This document shows, piece by piece, positions 1 through 10,423 of a stretch of 64,000 nucleotides of DNA. Location of the stretch: positions 66,915 to 130,914 of IMG/VR virus record IMGVR_UViG_2974747673_000001, one strand, 5' to 3'. This DNA is from a virus. Taxonomy: Duplodnaviria; Heunggongvirae; Uroviricota; Caudoviricetes. The translations under genes were made by a program, and so were the position numbers. The notes beneath the pieces were generated by a model. The model was given only the letters and a program-made list of their open reading frames with translations, made no database searches and was not told the origin of the DNA. How positions within the stretch are numbered: the stretch's first letter is position 1; every line of letters starts with the position of its first letter.

Positions 1-1482
1 ATAATTATTTCCTTTATCTCCTACATTTCCATTTAATTTATAATATATTTTACTATCTGATATAGTAGCTGGATACCCATTTTGGGAATAAAAATAATAA
101 TCAAATTCCCCTATGTATATTTCATTTTCTTGCAGATTTAATCCCTCTAAGCTTTTAAAATCAAAATTCATTACTTCTTCATATTTACTAATATGTTTAA
201 TACTTTCATCCCTAGTTGCCATCATTAAATATCTTAAACATTGTCCATTATCTAAGCCTGATGACAAACATATGCTTTGAGAAAGATTAATCATTTTACT
301 TCTAGTAACTATTTTTAAATCAAAAGTATCAAAATATGGAATTTCATCTTTAAATTTTTCATAGTTAGATTCTGATAAATCTACTAATTCTTTATGTGTA
401 TATAATCCCTCTACTTTAGTTAAATCCTCTATTTTCTTATCATTTATACTCTCTATATTAATATTTTTAATAGGTAATCCTGTAGATGTTTCCATTTTTT
501 GTTGAGAAGTATATAACATAGTATTTATAGGTACACTTCCTCCTCCACTTCCACTAGGTAATTCTAATTCTTTACTTAAACCTACAAGACCCTCTTTATA
601 CTTTAATTTTCCTTCACTTATACTTATATCTTTAACAACTTTATCTAAGCTTTCTGAAAGGTTTTTAGTGGCTTTAGTAGTAGCTAATATATTGCTATCC
701 CCTAAATTATAATCATCTGATTTATCTTTGTTAAACCCAGTTTTTTTTTCCTCTATTATAGGCTCAAATCGTTCATTTGCCCAATTTTCTGTAACACTAC
801 TAGGTAAATTTAATTCTTTATCAATAAATCTTCCACCTTGTTCAACTTTGTATTTAAGAATATTACCATCTATACTTAATTGTTGAGGTAATTTAGTTAA
901 ATAGTCTTTATTTATACTATTTTCTTTAATATTATATACTAACTTTGTACTAGCAATAACACTATCTGAATTAGAGTTTTCGTCTGAACTAATATCTAAA
1001 TTCCAACCACTTTTTTTATTAAATTTAGGTTCATAATATTTACTACATATAGTTTTTATTTGTTCTTCAGATAGACTACCTCCTACACTATTACCATTAA
1101 GAGATTCAACTGTAAGGTTACTTATTATTAAATCTGTAATTTTACCTTGATTATCATATAATTCTTTACTTTGATGATAAACATAACTTTTATTTTGAAA
1201 ATCTTGAATAAAATTATCTGTTTCTCTTTGTTTATCTCCTATGTCCGATATATTTCTGTCAAAATCTTCTTGACTAACCTTATTTTTTATCTCATTTTCT
1301 ATTTTTTCTGCTGTATCAAAATTAGAGGATACATTTCCTTTATCCAGTTTTCCACTTACAGATTCTACTATACTATTTACAAATACTTGAAGTTTATCTA
1401 TTATCTTATTTAATTTAATACCCCATATATTCTCATCTGCATTTATAGTAGGTTTATCCTCTAATAAATTAGGTTTTTGCAT
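1..1482 (-). CDS. Partial structural protein, tail-fibre-like. The N-terminal ~490 aa lie in the window; the gene continues past the window start.
   Basis: Open minus-strand frame from ATG at 1482-1480 to the window edge. Product is Ser/Asn/Gly-rich and repetitive (GSGGGS linker, 'LNGNVGDKGNN'), typical of phage fibre or receptor-binding proteins. Confidence 0.35.
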   Translation of the reverse strand, partial: MQKPNLLEDKPTINADENIWGIKLNKIIDKLQVFVNSIVESVSGKLDKGNVSSNFDTAEKIENEIKNKVSQEDFDRNISDIGDKQRETDNFIQDFQNKSYVYHQSKELYDNQGKITDLIISNLTVESLNGNSVGGSLSEEQIKTICSKYYEPKFNKKSGWNLDISSDENSNSDSVIASTKLVYNIKENSINKDYLTKLPQQLSIDGNILKYKVEQGGRFIDKELNLPSSVTENWANERFEPIIEEKKTGFNKDKSDDYNLGDSNILATTKATKNLSESLDKVVKDISISEGKLKYKEGLVGLSKELELPSGSGGGSVPINTMLYTSQQKMETSTGLPIKNINIESINDKKIEDLTKVEGLYTHKELVDLSESNYEKFKDEIPYFDTFDLKIVTRSKMINLSQSICLSSGLDNGQCLRYLMMATRDESIKHISKYEEVMNFDFKSLEGLNLQENEIYIGEFDYYFYSQNGYPATISDSKIYYKLNGNVGDKGNNY

Positions 1483-1575
1483 TTAATCTTTCTCCTTTTT
1501 ATAATAAAATCTACCTTGAATAAACAAGGTAGTCTTATATTTATATATCTTTTTATTCTTTGTTGTAAATCAAAT

Positions 1576-2070
1576 TTAATCTATACTAAAAGATTTTGCT
1601 TTACTAAAGGCGTCTTTCCATATAGTATCCCTAAATTTAATAGCTAACTCTTCAGTTTTAAAATAATTTCCTAAATCATAATATATAAAATCTCTACGAG
1701 TATTCATTTCTGTATATATTTCTATATGTCCTAAGGCATGTATAGTATAATAATTTTCATTTTTATTCGCTCTCCATCTCTTAGGTACACCATACTTAGA
1801 ATTTATTTCTTTGACAAAATTTTCTATTTTTATTTTATCTTCCTCATATAATAACATATCCTCGTCTAATATATCCCAAAGACCCTCAAAATCATCAAAA
1901 ATATAAATATTATCTTTATGACTTTCTACTAATTTTACTTCTTCATTAGCTACCACTGATAAAGTAAGATTGAAAGGTATAGTATTTTTAACTATTCTCC
2001 AAGCATATTTACCCCAAACTTCTTTAAATTCTATCTCTAATACCTTTTCTTTTTCCATTATTTCCTCCAT
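1576..2070 (-). CDS. hypothetical protein
   Basis: 164 aa ORF, tightly packed with neighbours on the same strand. Confidence 0.45.
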   Translation of the reverse strand: MEEIMEKEKVLEIEFKEVWGKYAWRIVKNTIPFNLTLSVVANEEVKLVESHKDNIYIFDDFEGLWDILDEDMLLYEEDKIKIENFVKEINSKYGVPKRWRANKNENYYTIHALGHIEIYTEMNTRRDFIYYDLGNYFKTEELAIKFRDTIWKDAFSKAKSFSID

Positions 2071-2258
2071 TATTCTAGTGATTCAATAAAATCTATTATA
2101 TCCTCAAAATTAAAATTTTCAACAACTTCATCAAAGTATTCCCAATTATCTACTCCACCATTTATTAAAGCATTTAATTTAAAATCTGATTCCAATAACT
2201 CTTCTAAATACTCTCTTGTTATTTCATAATTTCCATTTTTTAATTTTTTAATATCCAT
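2070..2258 (-). CDS. hypothetical acidic small protein
   Basis: 62 aa ORF whose stop overlaps the start of the downstream gene. Confidence 0.35.
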   Translation of the reverse strand: MDIKKLKNGNYEITREYLEELLESDFKLNALINGGVDNWEYFDEVVENFNFEDIIDFIESLE

Positions 2259-2376
2259 ATAACCTCCTATTTATCTCTTTTTAATAACCAAATAACAAAA
2301 CATATAATTACACATAATAAAATATATCTTATATTTCTATTAGGTATATATTCTTGTATTAACTGTATAATTCCCA

Positions 2377-2691
2377 TTAATTCTCACTATCCTTTAATAT
2401 ATTATCCCAAGTTTCATCATCTTCTTTAATTAATAATCTAATATTATTCGCATAAACTTGAATTATCTCTTTAATATCCGAATTGTCTGTATATTCCTCT
2501 AAGCTCTCAATAGCATATAATACCTCACTATATCTATTGGAATAATCATTTTCTAAGTAATTTCTTATTTCTTTTAAAGTTGTAAATATTGCATATAATT
2601 GAGATTCTTGACTAAGAAGTCTAGTATTTAATACTTGTTTAATAAATTCAATTTTACTTTCATAATTCATAAATCTACCAATCTCCTCCAT
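2377..2691 (-). CDS. hypothetical protein
   Basis: 104 aa ORF. Confidence 0.4.
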   Translation of the reverse strand: MEEIGRFMNYESKIEFIKQVLNTRLLSQESQLYAIFTTLKEIRNYLENDYSNRYSEVLYAIESLEEYTDNSDIKEIIQVYANNIRLLIKEDDETWDNILKDSEN

Positions 2692-3028
2692 CGTTTCTCC
2701 ATTTTACTTCCAAGCATTCTTTATATTCATATTTACTTTTATAATATCTTAATTCCATTCTATCTTTATATAATTCAATTAAATTTATTATATCTTTATT
2801 TTCCTTATTTAATTTATATAACAATTTTTTATAACTATCAATTATATCTGAATAATATAAAGTAATATTATTTTTTACCTCGTCGTCTAACTCTTTATCT
2901 AACTTTTGAAGATAACTATTTATTTTTACTACTTGAATTTGAGAGTTACTTGTTTTAAGTTCTTCTAGTATATTTGCTACTAAAAATATTTTTTTATTAT
3001 AATTCATAAATATCCCTCCATTGTTCAC
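2675..3028 (-). CDS. hypothetical protein
   Basis: 117 aa ORF overlapping its neighbours by a few codons (operon packing). Confidence 0.4.
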   Translation of the reverse strand: MNNGGIFMNYNKKIFLVANILEELKTSNSQIQVVKINSYLQKLDKELDDEVKNNITLYYSDIIDSYKKLLYKLNKENKDIINLIELYKDRMELRYYKSKYEYKECLEVKWRNDGGDW

Positions 3029-3737
3029 TTACACTTTCTGCAAATTTACCTACTTCAATATTTAAAGTATATTCCTGTTCTGTTACAATATCTTTACATA
3101 CTACAACTATTCTCTTTGATGTTTTGCCTATGAAAAATACATCTATATATGTAGTTTTAAGTAAATTTCCTTTACCATCATCTAGTTTTAATCTAAAAGT
3201 CCATTGAACTTCCTTATTTTCAAAATTTCTAACTTGATGACATTTCTCATAAAAATCTTTCATATCATAAATAGTTATTTGATTATTTAGTAAAGCTTCC
3301 TCTATTATTCTAATATTATTTATTGTACTTTCATTACATTTACTACCATAAATAGCTTGTAAGTCTATTTCTGTTTTATTATTTAATATCTCCTCTATAT
3401 CTAAAATATTTGTAGATTGTAAAATAAAATCTTTTAAAGTTATAAATTCATTTTCTGTAAGAGTATCTACTTTTTTAGGTAACTCTGCTAAAAATTTCAT
3501 TCCATCTTCAACAATTATATCATATTTGTTTGTAATATAAATATTAATTTTACCCTCACTATTTCTTAATCTATACTTGAATACACCTAATCTATTATTA
3601 GTTATTAAATCATAATATGAATTTAGGATTGTGGGTGCATATACCCATTTTCCTTCTTGCTTTAAACCATAAACAGAAAGTATATCTTTTACTATGTTAT
3701 TTAATTTTATTTTGATTGATAATAATTCTTTATTCAT
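2997..3737 (-). CDS. hypothetical protein
   Basis: 246 aa ORF. Confidence 0.45.
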   Translation of the reverse strand: MNKELLSIKIKLNNIVKDILSVYGLKQEGKWVYAPTILNSYYDLITNNRLGVFKYRLRNSEGKINIYITNKYDIIVEDGMKFLAELPKKVDTLTENEFITLKDFILQSTNILDIEEILNNKTEIDLQAIYGSKCNESTINNIRIIEEALLNNQITIYDMKDFYEKCHQVRNFENKEVQWTFRLKLDDGKGNLLKTTYIDVFFIGKTSKRIVVVCKDIVTEQEYTLNIEVGKFAESVSEQWRDIYEL

Positions 3738-3748
3738 ATTTTACCTCC

Positions 3749-4126
3749 TTATAAAAATAATATATCTTGTATATATAATTTATGTTCTAATTCCTTTTCA
3801 ATAATAACTTTTTTAAGCACATCAAATTGTTCTTGTGTTAATTTCTTTTCAGTAGCTATTACAGGTTGAACTACACCATTTTGTTGTCCCCACATAAGTA
3901 TTTTACCTTTTTTTCTTATACAAAAATAGATTATTACATCATCTATTCCACAAATTATTGTATGTATTCTACCATCTACCAATAATTTTCTTTTAGTAGA
4001 AAATTCACAATTTTCATAATCCCACCATTTTGTAAAACAATTAGTTTTATTATAGACTTCTTTTAAATATTTATCCTTTTCCTTTTTTAGTATCAATCCT
4101 ATTTGTTTTAAAATCTTTTCACTCAT
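3749..4126 (-). CDS. hypothetical protein
   Basis: 125 aa ORF. Confidence 0.4.
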   Translation of the reverse strand: MSEKILKQIGLILKKEKDKYLKEVYNKTNCFTKWWDYENCEFSTKRKLLVDGRIHTIICGIDDVIIYFCIRKKGKILMWGQQNGVVQPVIATEKKLTQEQFDVLKKVIIEKELEHKLYIQDILFL

Positions 4127-4127
4127 T

Positions 4128-4559
4128 CTAGTTCTCCTTATATTTTAATTCTTTCATTTGATAATCCCCAAACTCATCTTTATCATAATGTTGTATCATA
4201 TAATTTTTTAGTTCATTCATTTGTTTTTTAGTAAAGAACTTACCTAAATGAGTATATACACACTTTTCTTCCTCTCTCATATCTTTTCTATAAAGAGTAT
4301 GTATTATTATTTCTCCTGTTAGCCAAACATAAATATAAACAGCTAAATTTTTATTAGGAACACAATAAATATCATCTAATCTACGATTAATTCTAGCATT
4401 ATATTTTGTGTCTTTTCCATACCACCATACATAATTGTCATAGTCTATATCAAGTAATTGTTTATACTTATTTATTTCTGCATTACCTAATATATTTATT
4501 TGTCTAAAAATATCATCTAGTGTCTTTACCCTAATTTTTAAAGGGTGTTCATTAAGCAT
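4128..4559 (-). CDS. hypothetical protein
   Basis: 143 aa ORF. Confidence 0.4.
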   Translation of the reverse strand: MLNEHPLKIRVKTLDDIFRQINILGNAEINKYKQLLDIDYDNYVWWYGKDTKYNARINRRLDDIYCVPNKNLAVYIYVWLTGEIIIHTLYRKDMREEEKCVYTHLGKFFTKKQMNELKNYMIQHYDKDEFGDYQMKELKYKEN

Positions 4560-4746
4560 AATAATCTCTCTCTTTCAACCATTTTCTTATTTCTATTTCT
4601 AGTTCTTCTAATCCTAGTGTACTATCGTTAGATGTCAACCAAAATTTATCATCAAATTCTATTTTTTGATAATTATTTAATCTTTCATACCAATCTTCTC
4701 TACATAATTTTTGATATAACGAATATTGTTCCTTAGTCATTTGCAT
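4552..4746 (-). CDS. hypothetical small protein
   Basis: 64 aa ORF overlapping both neighbours. Confidence 0.35.
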   Translation of the reverse strand: MQMTKEQYSLYQKLCREDWYERLNNYQKIEFDDKFWLTSNDSTLGLEELEIEIRKWLKERDYYA

Positions 4747-5008
4747 TCACTTCCTTTACATATCTCTTTTTAATTTCTTTATCATAATATTTACTCCATT
4801 TTTGATATTCTTTAGATTTCTTTTTCTCATACATTTTAGCATACTTTTCTTTGATTGTCAATATATCCTTATCAAATTTCTTTTGTTGTTTTTCAGTTAA
4901 ACTAGCATAACAAGGACATAATATATCTCTAATTTTTGCCATTTGTAATTGAGATTGAATAGCCACATTTAATAAATTCATACCAACTAAATAATCTTCA
5001 TTTTTCAT
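4733..5008 (-). CDS. Hypothetical protein. The likely start is the internal ATG at 5008, preceded by AAGGAGGT; the ORF-track start at 5065 lies inside the promoter.
   Basis: RBS AAGGAGGT sits 8 nt upstream of the ATG at 5008-5006 (minus strand). A consensus promoter is immediately upstream. Confidence 0.4.
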   Translation of the reverse strand: MKNEDYLVGMNLLNVAIQSQLQMAKIRDILCPCYASLTEKQQKKFDKDILTIKEKYAKMYEKKKSKEYQKWSKYYDKEIKKRYVKEVNAND

Positions 5009-5036
5009 ATTTACCTCCTTTATTAATTGATAACCT

Positions 5037-5065
5037 ATTATAACATATAGAACAAAAGATGTCAA
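5037..5065 (-). promoter_or_regulatory. sigma-A-type promoter TTGACA-N17-TATAAT (minus strand)
   Basis: -10 is the reverse complement of 5037-5042 and -35 the reverse complement of 5060-5065. Preceded by terminator hairpin 5087-5106. Confidence 0.55.
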
Positions 5066-5074
5066 GAAATATTT

Positions 5075-5106
5075 TTACAAAAAGAAAAGAGAGTGTTACC
5101 TCTCTT
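5075..5106 (-). terminator. rho-independent terminator (AAGAGAG-loop-CTCTCTT plus T-run on the minus strand)
   Basis: Hairpin 5087-5106 with an A-run on the plus strand at 5077-5088. Confidence 0.5.
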
Positions 5107-5132
5107 ATTCTTATATTTATCTATGTGATTTC

Positions 5133-6032
5133 TTATTGACAAGGCATTAACAATATCATAAAGTCATCTAAATCAAACACTAATTGAGAAGTCATACTCG
5201 CATTTGCAATTCTTAATGTTAATGTTTTGCCAATCAAACTATTTAGTATCCACTCAAGAATATTCATATCATAGTGTGCCACTAAACTAGGATTAGTTTT
5301 ATCTATATTGACTAGACTGTCTGTACCAAAAGCTATTCTTATAAGAGTAGAGTCAATCTTAATATGTCTATCCTCTGAACAATTTTGAATAGACATATAA
5401 GCCACGAGATTATCATAGTTAAGAGTAAGATAAAATGAATTAGGTACATTTGTTACTCTATATAAATCTATTATATCTGATTTAAAGGCTTGTGATATAG
5501 TTTTAAGCTCTTTGAAACCAGCTAACGACTTAGTAGTTATCCCTATGGTTTGAGTGTCTGTAAAAGCTCTACTAGACACTAATAGTTTGTCTACAAGTAA
5601 TTCCATAGGGTTATCCTCTTTAGGACACAATACACAATAGTTGTTGGTTACAAATACTACACAATCTTCAGTTACTAGAATACCTACATAGCTATCTTTT
5701 CTATCTAGTTTCATTTGACTAATAAAGTCTAAGTTTATCCAATATTTAATATCAGTATTTAAGTTCAAATTTACTATATCTAGGTTTTGGTCTACCAAAG
5801 CATAAGTATCTGTCCAACCAATAGATTGGTTACTTATATAAACTTGATGTTTAGGTTCTACTAATTCTTTGTCTTTTCTCTTTTTGTATACTATTTTTAG
5901 TATTTGTAAAAATCTAGTTATTTTGGTAGTATCATCTAATTTAAAGACAACTTTATCTATTATATTTAGTTCTTCTAATAAAGATTGTATATTTTGATTA
6001 TCTTTAAATAAGTATTTTTGACAATCTTTCAT
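5133..6032 (-). CDS. hypothetical protein (299 aa)
   Basis: Long ORF with no recognisable motifs. Its position next to DNA polymerase leaves an accessory replication role (e.g. clamp-like) possible but unsupported. Confidence 0.45.
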   Translation of the reverse strand: MKDCQKYLFKDNQNIQSLLEELNIIDKVVFKLDDTTKITRFLQILKIVYKKRKDKELVEPKHQVYISNQSIGWTDTYALVDQNLDIVNLNLNTDIKYWINLDFISQMKLDRKDSYVGILVTEDCVVFVTNNYCVLCPKEDNPMELLVDKLLVSSRAFTDTQTIGITTKSLAGFKELKTISQAFKSDIIDLYRVTNVPNSFYLTLNYDNLVAYMSIQNCSEDRHIKIDSTLIRIAFGTDSLVNIDKTNPSLVAHYDMNILEWILNSLIGKTLTLRIANASMTSQLVFDLDDFMILLMPCQ

Positions 6033-6143
6033 AATAGCCCCTTATCTTTTAGTTTTTTAGTTAGCCAATTTACCTTAGCCCACAAGAAAATATTAGATAC
6101 CAAACTACATAATAATAATAAATTAATAAGCATTAAAGTCAAT

Positions 6144-6692
6144 CTATTCATTATCTACTCCTTTCAATTCATTTGTTATTGCTTCCATTAGATTATAACA
6201 ATTATCAATTTCCATATATCTAGGAACACCTTTATAGCTATATAATAAAGTCATTTTTATTGTTTCTATATCCTCATCTATTATAGAATAAAACATCTTA
6301 GATATAAATATTTCTTTATCTTCTAAAGTTTTAAAATAACTTTCTATGTAATAAATACTATTTTCTCTTTTTTGACTTATAAGGAATATAAGTCTACTTA
6401 ATACTTTTTGGTTATCTTTTTCAAAGTCTAAATATAAAGTATATAACTCTGCCATTAAATCATTTATAGTTGTACCTTTAAGAAGTCTATACCAATTTCC
6501 TACTAAATGTACTTTAAGTTCATAATAAAAGTCATCATATCTAGGTATAATCTTAGTTAAGTACTCTAAATCTAGGTATTTAAAATACTTATAATTAGAT
6601 AAATCTAAACTTTCTATTTCTCCTATATCCAACTTATCTATACCTTGTTTTAGCAATTCTTTTAACTCATCTTCCAATATTGTTTTTCTCAT
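6144..6692 (-). CDS. Hypothetical protein. The likely start is the ATG at 6692, preceded by AAAGGAGTG.
   Basis: RBS-supported internal start. A consensus promoter lies at 6724-6752. Confidence 0.4.
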   Translation of the reverse strand: MRKTILEDELKELLKQGIDKLDIGEIESLDLSNYKYFKYLDLEYLTKIIPRYDDFYYELKVHLVGNWYRLLKGTTINDLMAELYTLYLDFEKDNQKVLSRLIFLISQKRENSIYYIESYFKTLEDKEIFISKMFYSIIDEDIETIKMTLLYSYKGVPRYMEIDNCYNLMEAITNELKGVDNE

Positions 6693-6723
6693 ATAATCAC
6701 TCCTTTGTTTTAATTGATAATTC

Positions 6724-6752
6724 ATTATAGCATACACTAGGAATAATGTCAA
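6724..6752 (-). promoter_or_regulatory. sigma-A-type promoter TTGACA-N17-TATAAT (minus strand)
   Basis: Exact consensus hexamers with 17-nt spacer, just downstream of the polA terminator. Confidence 0.55.
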
Positions 6753-6757
6753 TATAA

Positions 6758-6792
6758 ATTTAAAATAAAAAGGATAAATTTCTTTATCCTTT
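6758..6792 (-). terminator. rho-independent terminator after polA
   Basis: AAAGGATAAA-tttc-TTTATCCTTT hairpin plus T-run (minus sense). Confidence 0.55.
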
Positions 6793-9254
6793 TAAAATTC
6801 TCTAAAATCATATACTTGTACTTCTTCTTTTGTTCTCTTAGGTCTTTTAATGTGTTCTGTATTACCCCAAGAAGTACCAATTTCTATATCTATACCTAAA
6901 TAATCATCATTAAGATAACATATAAAACTCTTTTCAAGTATTTCTAATGCAATCTCTTGTGGTACTTCATCTGATACCTCATAACAGAAACTATCATACA
7001 CACTAAACATAAAGTGCATTTTATCCTCTAAACTTTTTTCTTTAATCATTTTATCTGCTTTTATAAGTCCTTCATAAAGTAAAAAGGCATTACTAGATTG
7101 AATAGGAAAGTTAAGTGCTTTTTTCTTTTGCTTTTCAATCTTTTTCTTAGTATTATAATCAGGTTTTTTATCCTCATTAGGTACATCAGGCATCATAAGA
7201 AATGCACCAAAAGGATTAGTGATAAAACCTTGTTCTTTTGCTTTTCTGTGTTGATTGTCAAAATACTTTTTCATTTCAGGATTAGCTCTCATATAGTCAT
7301 CTATTAATTCCTTTGCATCCTCTACTGAAATACCAATATTTTTTGAAAGTCCTTGCTCTCCAGCACCATAAGCTAAACTGAAAGTGGCTGATTTTGTGGC
7401 ATATCTAAGGGTTTTTTCAAATTTTTCTTTTATTGCTCCATAGAAATTTTTATAATCATCATCTGTTTTACAATTATCCCACATCTCTTGAAATTCAGGT
7501 GCTTGAGTTAATACCTTATTTCTCTGCATAAACCAAACATTCATAGAATGTAAGTCCCAACCTTTATGTATAGCCTCACTAAATCTTTTACTGTTTATGA
7601 TAGCAGTCAATATAACTATTTCTGCACTTGAATAATCTGCATAATAAAACTTATGTCCTTCTCTTGCACTAAAGCACTCTTTAAGAGGTGCTAATACTCC
7701 TCTTGCAGGTATTTGTTGTAAATTAGGGGTATTACAAGTACATCTATTTGTAATTGTCCCTAATATGTTATAACTAGGGTATACATAAGGAAATTGTCCT
7801 TTATCTGTGAGTTCTGCTAAAGTAGTACCATCTACTGTCTTTTTATCTTCTTCTGTCTTTTCAACTCCCAAGAAATTATTTAATGCTGTTTTACATTTAC
7901 CAAAATCTAATAAATCTTGTATATGAGGATATTGTTTTACATATTGTTCTAAGTATTTTCTATCTGTTTTGGGAGTCATTAATACCCTTTCTCTCTTTCC
8001 AGTAGTATCATTCAGTTTATATCCAAAACATTTACTAAATATATCTTCTTTTTCTCCTAATATAATAGGTTCATATCTTGATGTACCTTTATCTTCAGGC
8101 TTTAACCCCATAACCTCTACAAATAGAGTTGTTTTCTTATCTGTGGAAGTCATACTAAATTCAGTTTTAGTTATTAAATTTCTACTTTGAATAGGAGTAA
8201 GTTCTATTCCTTTTGTATAATAGTATTTTCCATCTTCTTTTTTGACTGTTTTACCCTTTTTATTACCTTTTTGTGCAGTATTTGAGAGATAATCTACCAT
8301 ACTTTCGTTAAGTATTTTATCATACTCTTTTACTCTATGTAAAGCTTCACATATCTCAATCTCTTTTTTAAATGCTTGTAAAAAATCTTTTTCAGTTCTA
8401 TCTCTTGTTTCTTTAAATTGAATACCTAATTGCTCTACTTTATCATAATCTATTTTTACACCCCTACAAAAAGCTTTTATATAAATATCCATTGTTGCTT
8501 TCTTAGTTTTAATTATTTGTGCTAATTTATTCAATCCTAAGTCCTTTACATAGGCTTTAAACAAGTCCAAACCTATTTCAAAGGCTTGTAATGTACAAAG
8601 TACATCAAAGCAGTTATAGGGTGCTATAATCTCATCAGAAAACAAATCATAAGTGAATTGTTTTACAGATATTCCTAACTCTTTACATATTCTTTTCTTT
8701 TCTTTTTCTAGTTCTTCTTCATAATTTCCATAAGGTAGATAATCTCTTGTGAAATCTTTTAACCCTAAACCTCTATCTTCTTCACTATCTCCAAAATCAT
8801 CACTATCATCTTTTGCTCTATGTGACATTAGCGTATGAAAGAGAATATATGTATCAAAATCCCACTTTACATCTACATTATGTAAGAATTTAATTGTTCC
8901 TATATCATAATAAGCATTATGTAATAATATTTTACACTTAAACTTATTCAAGGAATTAAATACTCTTGCTTTTAAATCTTTATCTAAATCTCTAACTACA
9001 AAGCAATAATTATAATAAATATCATTATGTTTATAACTCAAGGCAAAGTGAGTTATATTATTATTTCTGGGATATAATTTTCTAGCTTCTATATCAAATG
9101 CTAATACTAAATTAGGATTATCTATATTTGCTATAAAATTTTTATACCATTCTGCATAATCATTGACATCTCCTTTAAAACATTTAATATTTTTATAGGT
9201 TGCAAGATAATTACCTATAAGTCCTTTTGTATTACTACTGTTAATCTCTATCAT
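6792..9254 (-). CDS. polA: family A DNA polymerase (Pol I-like) with N-terminal 3'-5' exonuclease domain
   Basis: 820 aa. Exo motif 'AFDIEA'. Pol motif A 'DYSSAEIVIL', motif B 'RYATKSATFSLAYGAG' and a divergent motif C 'VYDSF'. Confidence 0.85.
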   Translation of the reverse strand: MIEINSSNTKGLIGNYLATYKNIKCFKGDVNDYAEWYKNFIANIDNPNLVLAFDIEARKLYPRNNNITHFALSYKHNDIYYNYCFVVRDLDKDLKARVFNSLNKFKCKILLHNAYYDIGTIKFLHNVDVKWDFDTYILFHTLMSHRAKDDSDDFGDSEEDRGLGLKDFTRDYLPYGNYEEELEKEKKRICKELGISVKQFTYDLFSDEIIAPYNCFDVLCTLQAFEIGLDLFKAYVKDLGLNKLAQIIKTKKATMDIYIKAFCRGVKIDYDKVEQLGIQFKETRDRTEKDFLQAFKKEIEICEALHRVKEYDKILNESMVDYLSNTAQKGNKKGKTVKKEDGKYYYTKGIELTPIQSRNLITKTEFSMTSTDKKTTLFVEVMGLKPEDKGTSRYEPIILGEKEDIFSKCFGYKLNDTTGKRERVLMTPKTDRKYLEQYVKQYPHIQDLLDFGKCKTALNNFLGVEKTEEDKKTVDGTTLAELTDKGQFPYVYPSYNILGTITNRCTCNTPNLQQIPARGVLAPLKECFSAREGHKFYYADYSSAEIVILTAIINSKRFSEAIHKGWDLHSMNVWFMQRNKVLTQAPEFQEMWDNCKTDDDYKNFYGAIKEKFEKTLRYATKSATFSLAYGAGEQGLSKNIGISVEDAKELIDDYMRANPEMKKYFDNQHRKAKEQGFITNPFGAFLMMPDVPNEDKKPDYNTKKKIEKQKKKALNFPIQSSNAFLLYEGLIKADKMIKEKSLEDKMHFMFSVYDSFCYEVSDEVPQEIALEILEKSFICYLNDDYLGIDIEIGTSWGNTEHIKRPKRTKEEVQVYDFREF

Positions 9255-10104
9255 AAGCTACACCACACTTCCATTTTAATAATGTTTCAACTAATCTAGT
9301 ATAATCTAAAAATGTTGGTTTGTCAAGTGCAAAATCATAATAAGTATAATTTTTTTCTTTATATTCAATATAATTTTCTGTATGTGTAGCTAATTTAATA
9401 AATCCTAAATAATTATAATCTTTTAATATATAATCTAATATCTTTTCAAAATTTACCTCATACACATCATTTTCTAGTATTAAATCTTGACTATCTATTC
9501 TTTGAATAAGTATATTATTGTTTACTTGAATTACCTCAAAGTTTTCAAAATCTAATAAAGTTTTAGTTACTATTTCTTCTTTAATATCTTTTATTTCTCT
9601 TTTAGTAGTATCTATAATAGAAATTTTATCTTGATATTGAGAATAAGCATACATATCTAAAACTAGATGAGATTCATCTCTATAATCATCTACATTACTA
9701 CCTCTATTACTTAATCTTATAAGTCTATCTACTTCATTACAAGTCAAATAAACTACTCTAATATCAAATTTTGGATTATTTAATAATCTAAGACAAGCAT
9801 AAATATCAATAGCAAATAGATTGATTTTATTCTCATCAAAACAAGTGTAATCAACCCAATTATAATACCCTTGTGGTGCTTTATAACTTGCTATTACATT
9901 ATCACTATCTAAATCTTCTCTATAATCTTTCATAGCTTTAAATATGTGTGTGGTTTTATCAAATTCATTTCTAGGTAAACGAGTAGTATTAGATACTACC
10001 TCGTGAAATTTATTATTACCTCTAAAACTCTCAATAATTGTACTTTTTCCTACCCCACTTTTAGAACAAAAACATATTACTTTAATTTTATCTTTTTCTT
10101 TCAT
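9241..10104 (-). CDS. guanylate kinase-like (d)NMP kinase with C-terminal extension
   Basis: P-loop 'CSKSGVGKST' plus guanylate-kinase signature 'TTRLPR'. Confidence 0.6.
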   Translation of the reverse strand: MKEKDKIKVICFCSKSGVGKSTIIESFRGNNKFHEVVSNTTRLPRNEFDKTTHIFKAMKDYREDLDSDNVIASYKAPQGYYNWVDYTCFDENKINLFAIDIYACLRLLNNPKFDIRVVYLTCNEVDRLIRLSNRGSNVDDYRDESHLVLDMYAYSQYQDKISIIDTTKREIKDIKEEIVTKTLLDFENFEVIQVNNNILIQRIDSQDLILENDVYEVNFEKILDYILKDYNYLGFIKLATHTENYIEYKEKNYTYYDFALDKPTFLDYTRLVETLLKWKCGVAYDRD

Positions 10105-10423
10105 TTTTCTTACTCTCCAACATTTTATCTATTGTCTTTTTGAATTTTAAAGTAACATTAGCTGTTAATTTAATATCAGGTACTGTATAGATATAACTTT
10201 TACCTCTATAACTTACATAGAATAAATATCCATCTTTTATTATTTCTATATAATTTATTAACACTCCTTGAACCACTTGATTATACTCTGTAGCATCCCC
10301 TATATCTTTTGCTTCCTCTTTAAGTTTTAATTGTAATTTTGAAACCTCTAAATTGCACTGTTGTATTCCTAAATGATATACATTATCTGCCTTTTTCTTT
10401 GCTTTCAGCATTTTATCTACCAC
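10088..10423 (-). CDS. hypothetical protein
   Basis: 111 aa ORF. Confidence 0.4.
   Translation of the reverse strand: MVDKMLKAKKKADNVYHLGIQQCNLEVSKLQLKLKEEAKDIGDATEYNQVVQGVLINYIEIIKDGYLFYVSYRGKSYIYTVPDIKLTANVTLKFKKTIDKMLESKKNERKR

Noticed and set aside
1171-1413. 80-aa plus-strand ORF inside the tail-fibre-like gene
   Set aside because: Low-complexity Ile/Phe/Tyr-rich translation typical of an AT-rich antisense frame. Fully contained in a long minus-strand ORF, with no RBS.
2635-2865. 76-aa plus-strand ORF
   Set aside because: Antisense to two minus-strand genes, with a hydrophobic low-complexity product and no RBS.
5133-6032. Sliding-clamp (beta/PCNA-like) assignment for the 299-aa ORF next to polA
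   Set aside because: It rests only on position and size, with no recognisable clamp motifs in the sequence. Left as hypothetical.
7098-8190. Two plus-strand ORFs (7098..7307, 7969..8190) inside polA
   Set aside because: Embedded antisense in a confidently assigned DNA polymerase gene, with compositionally biased translations.
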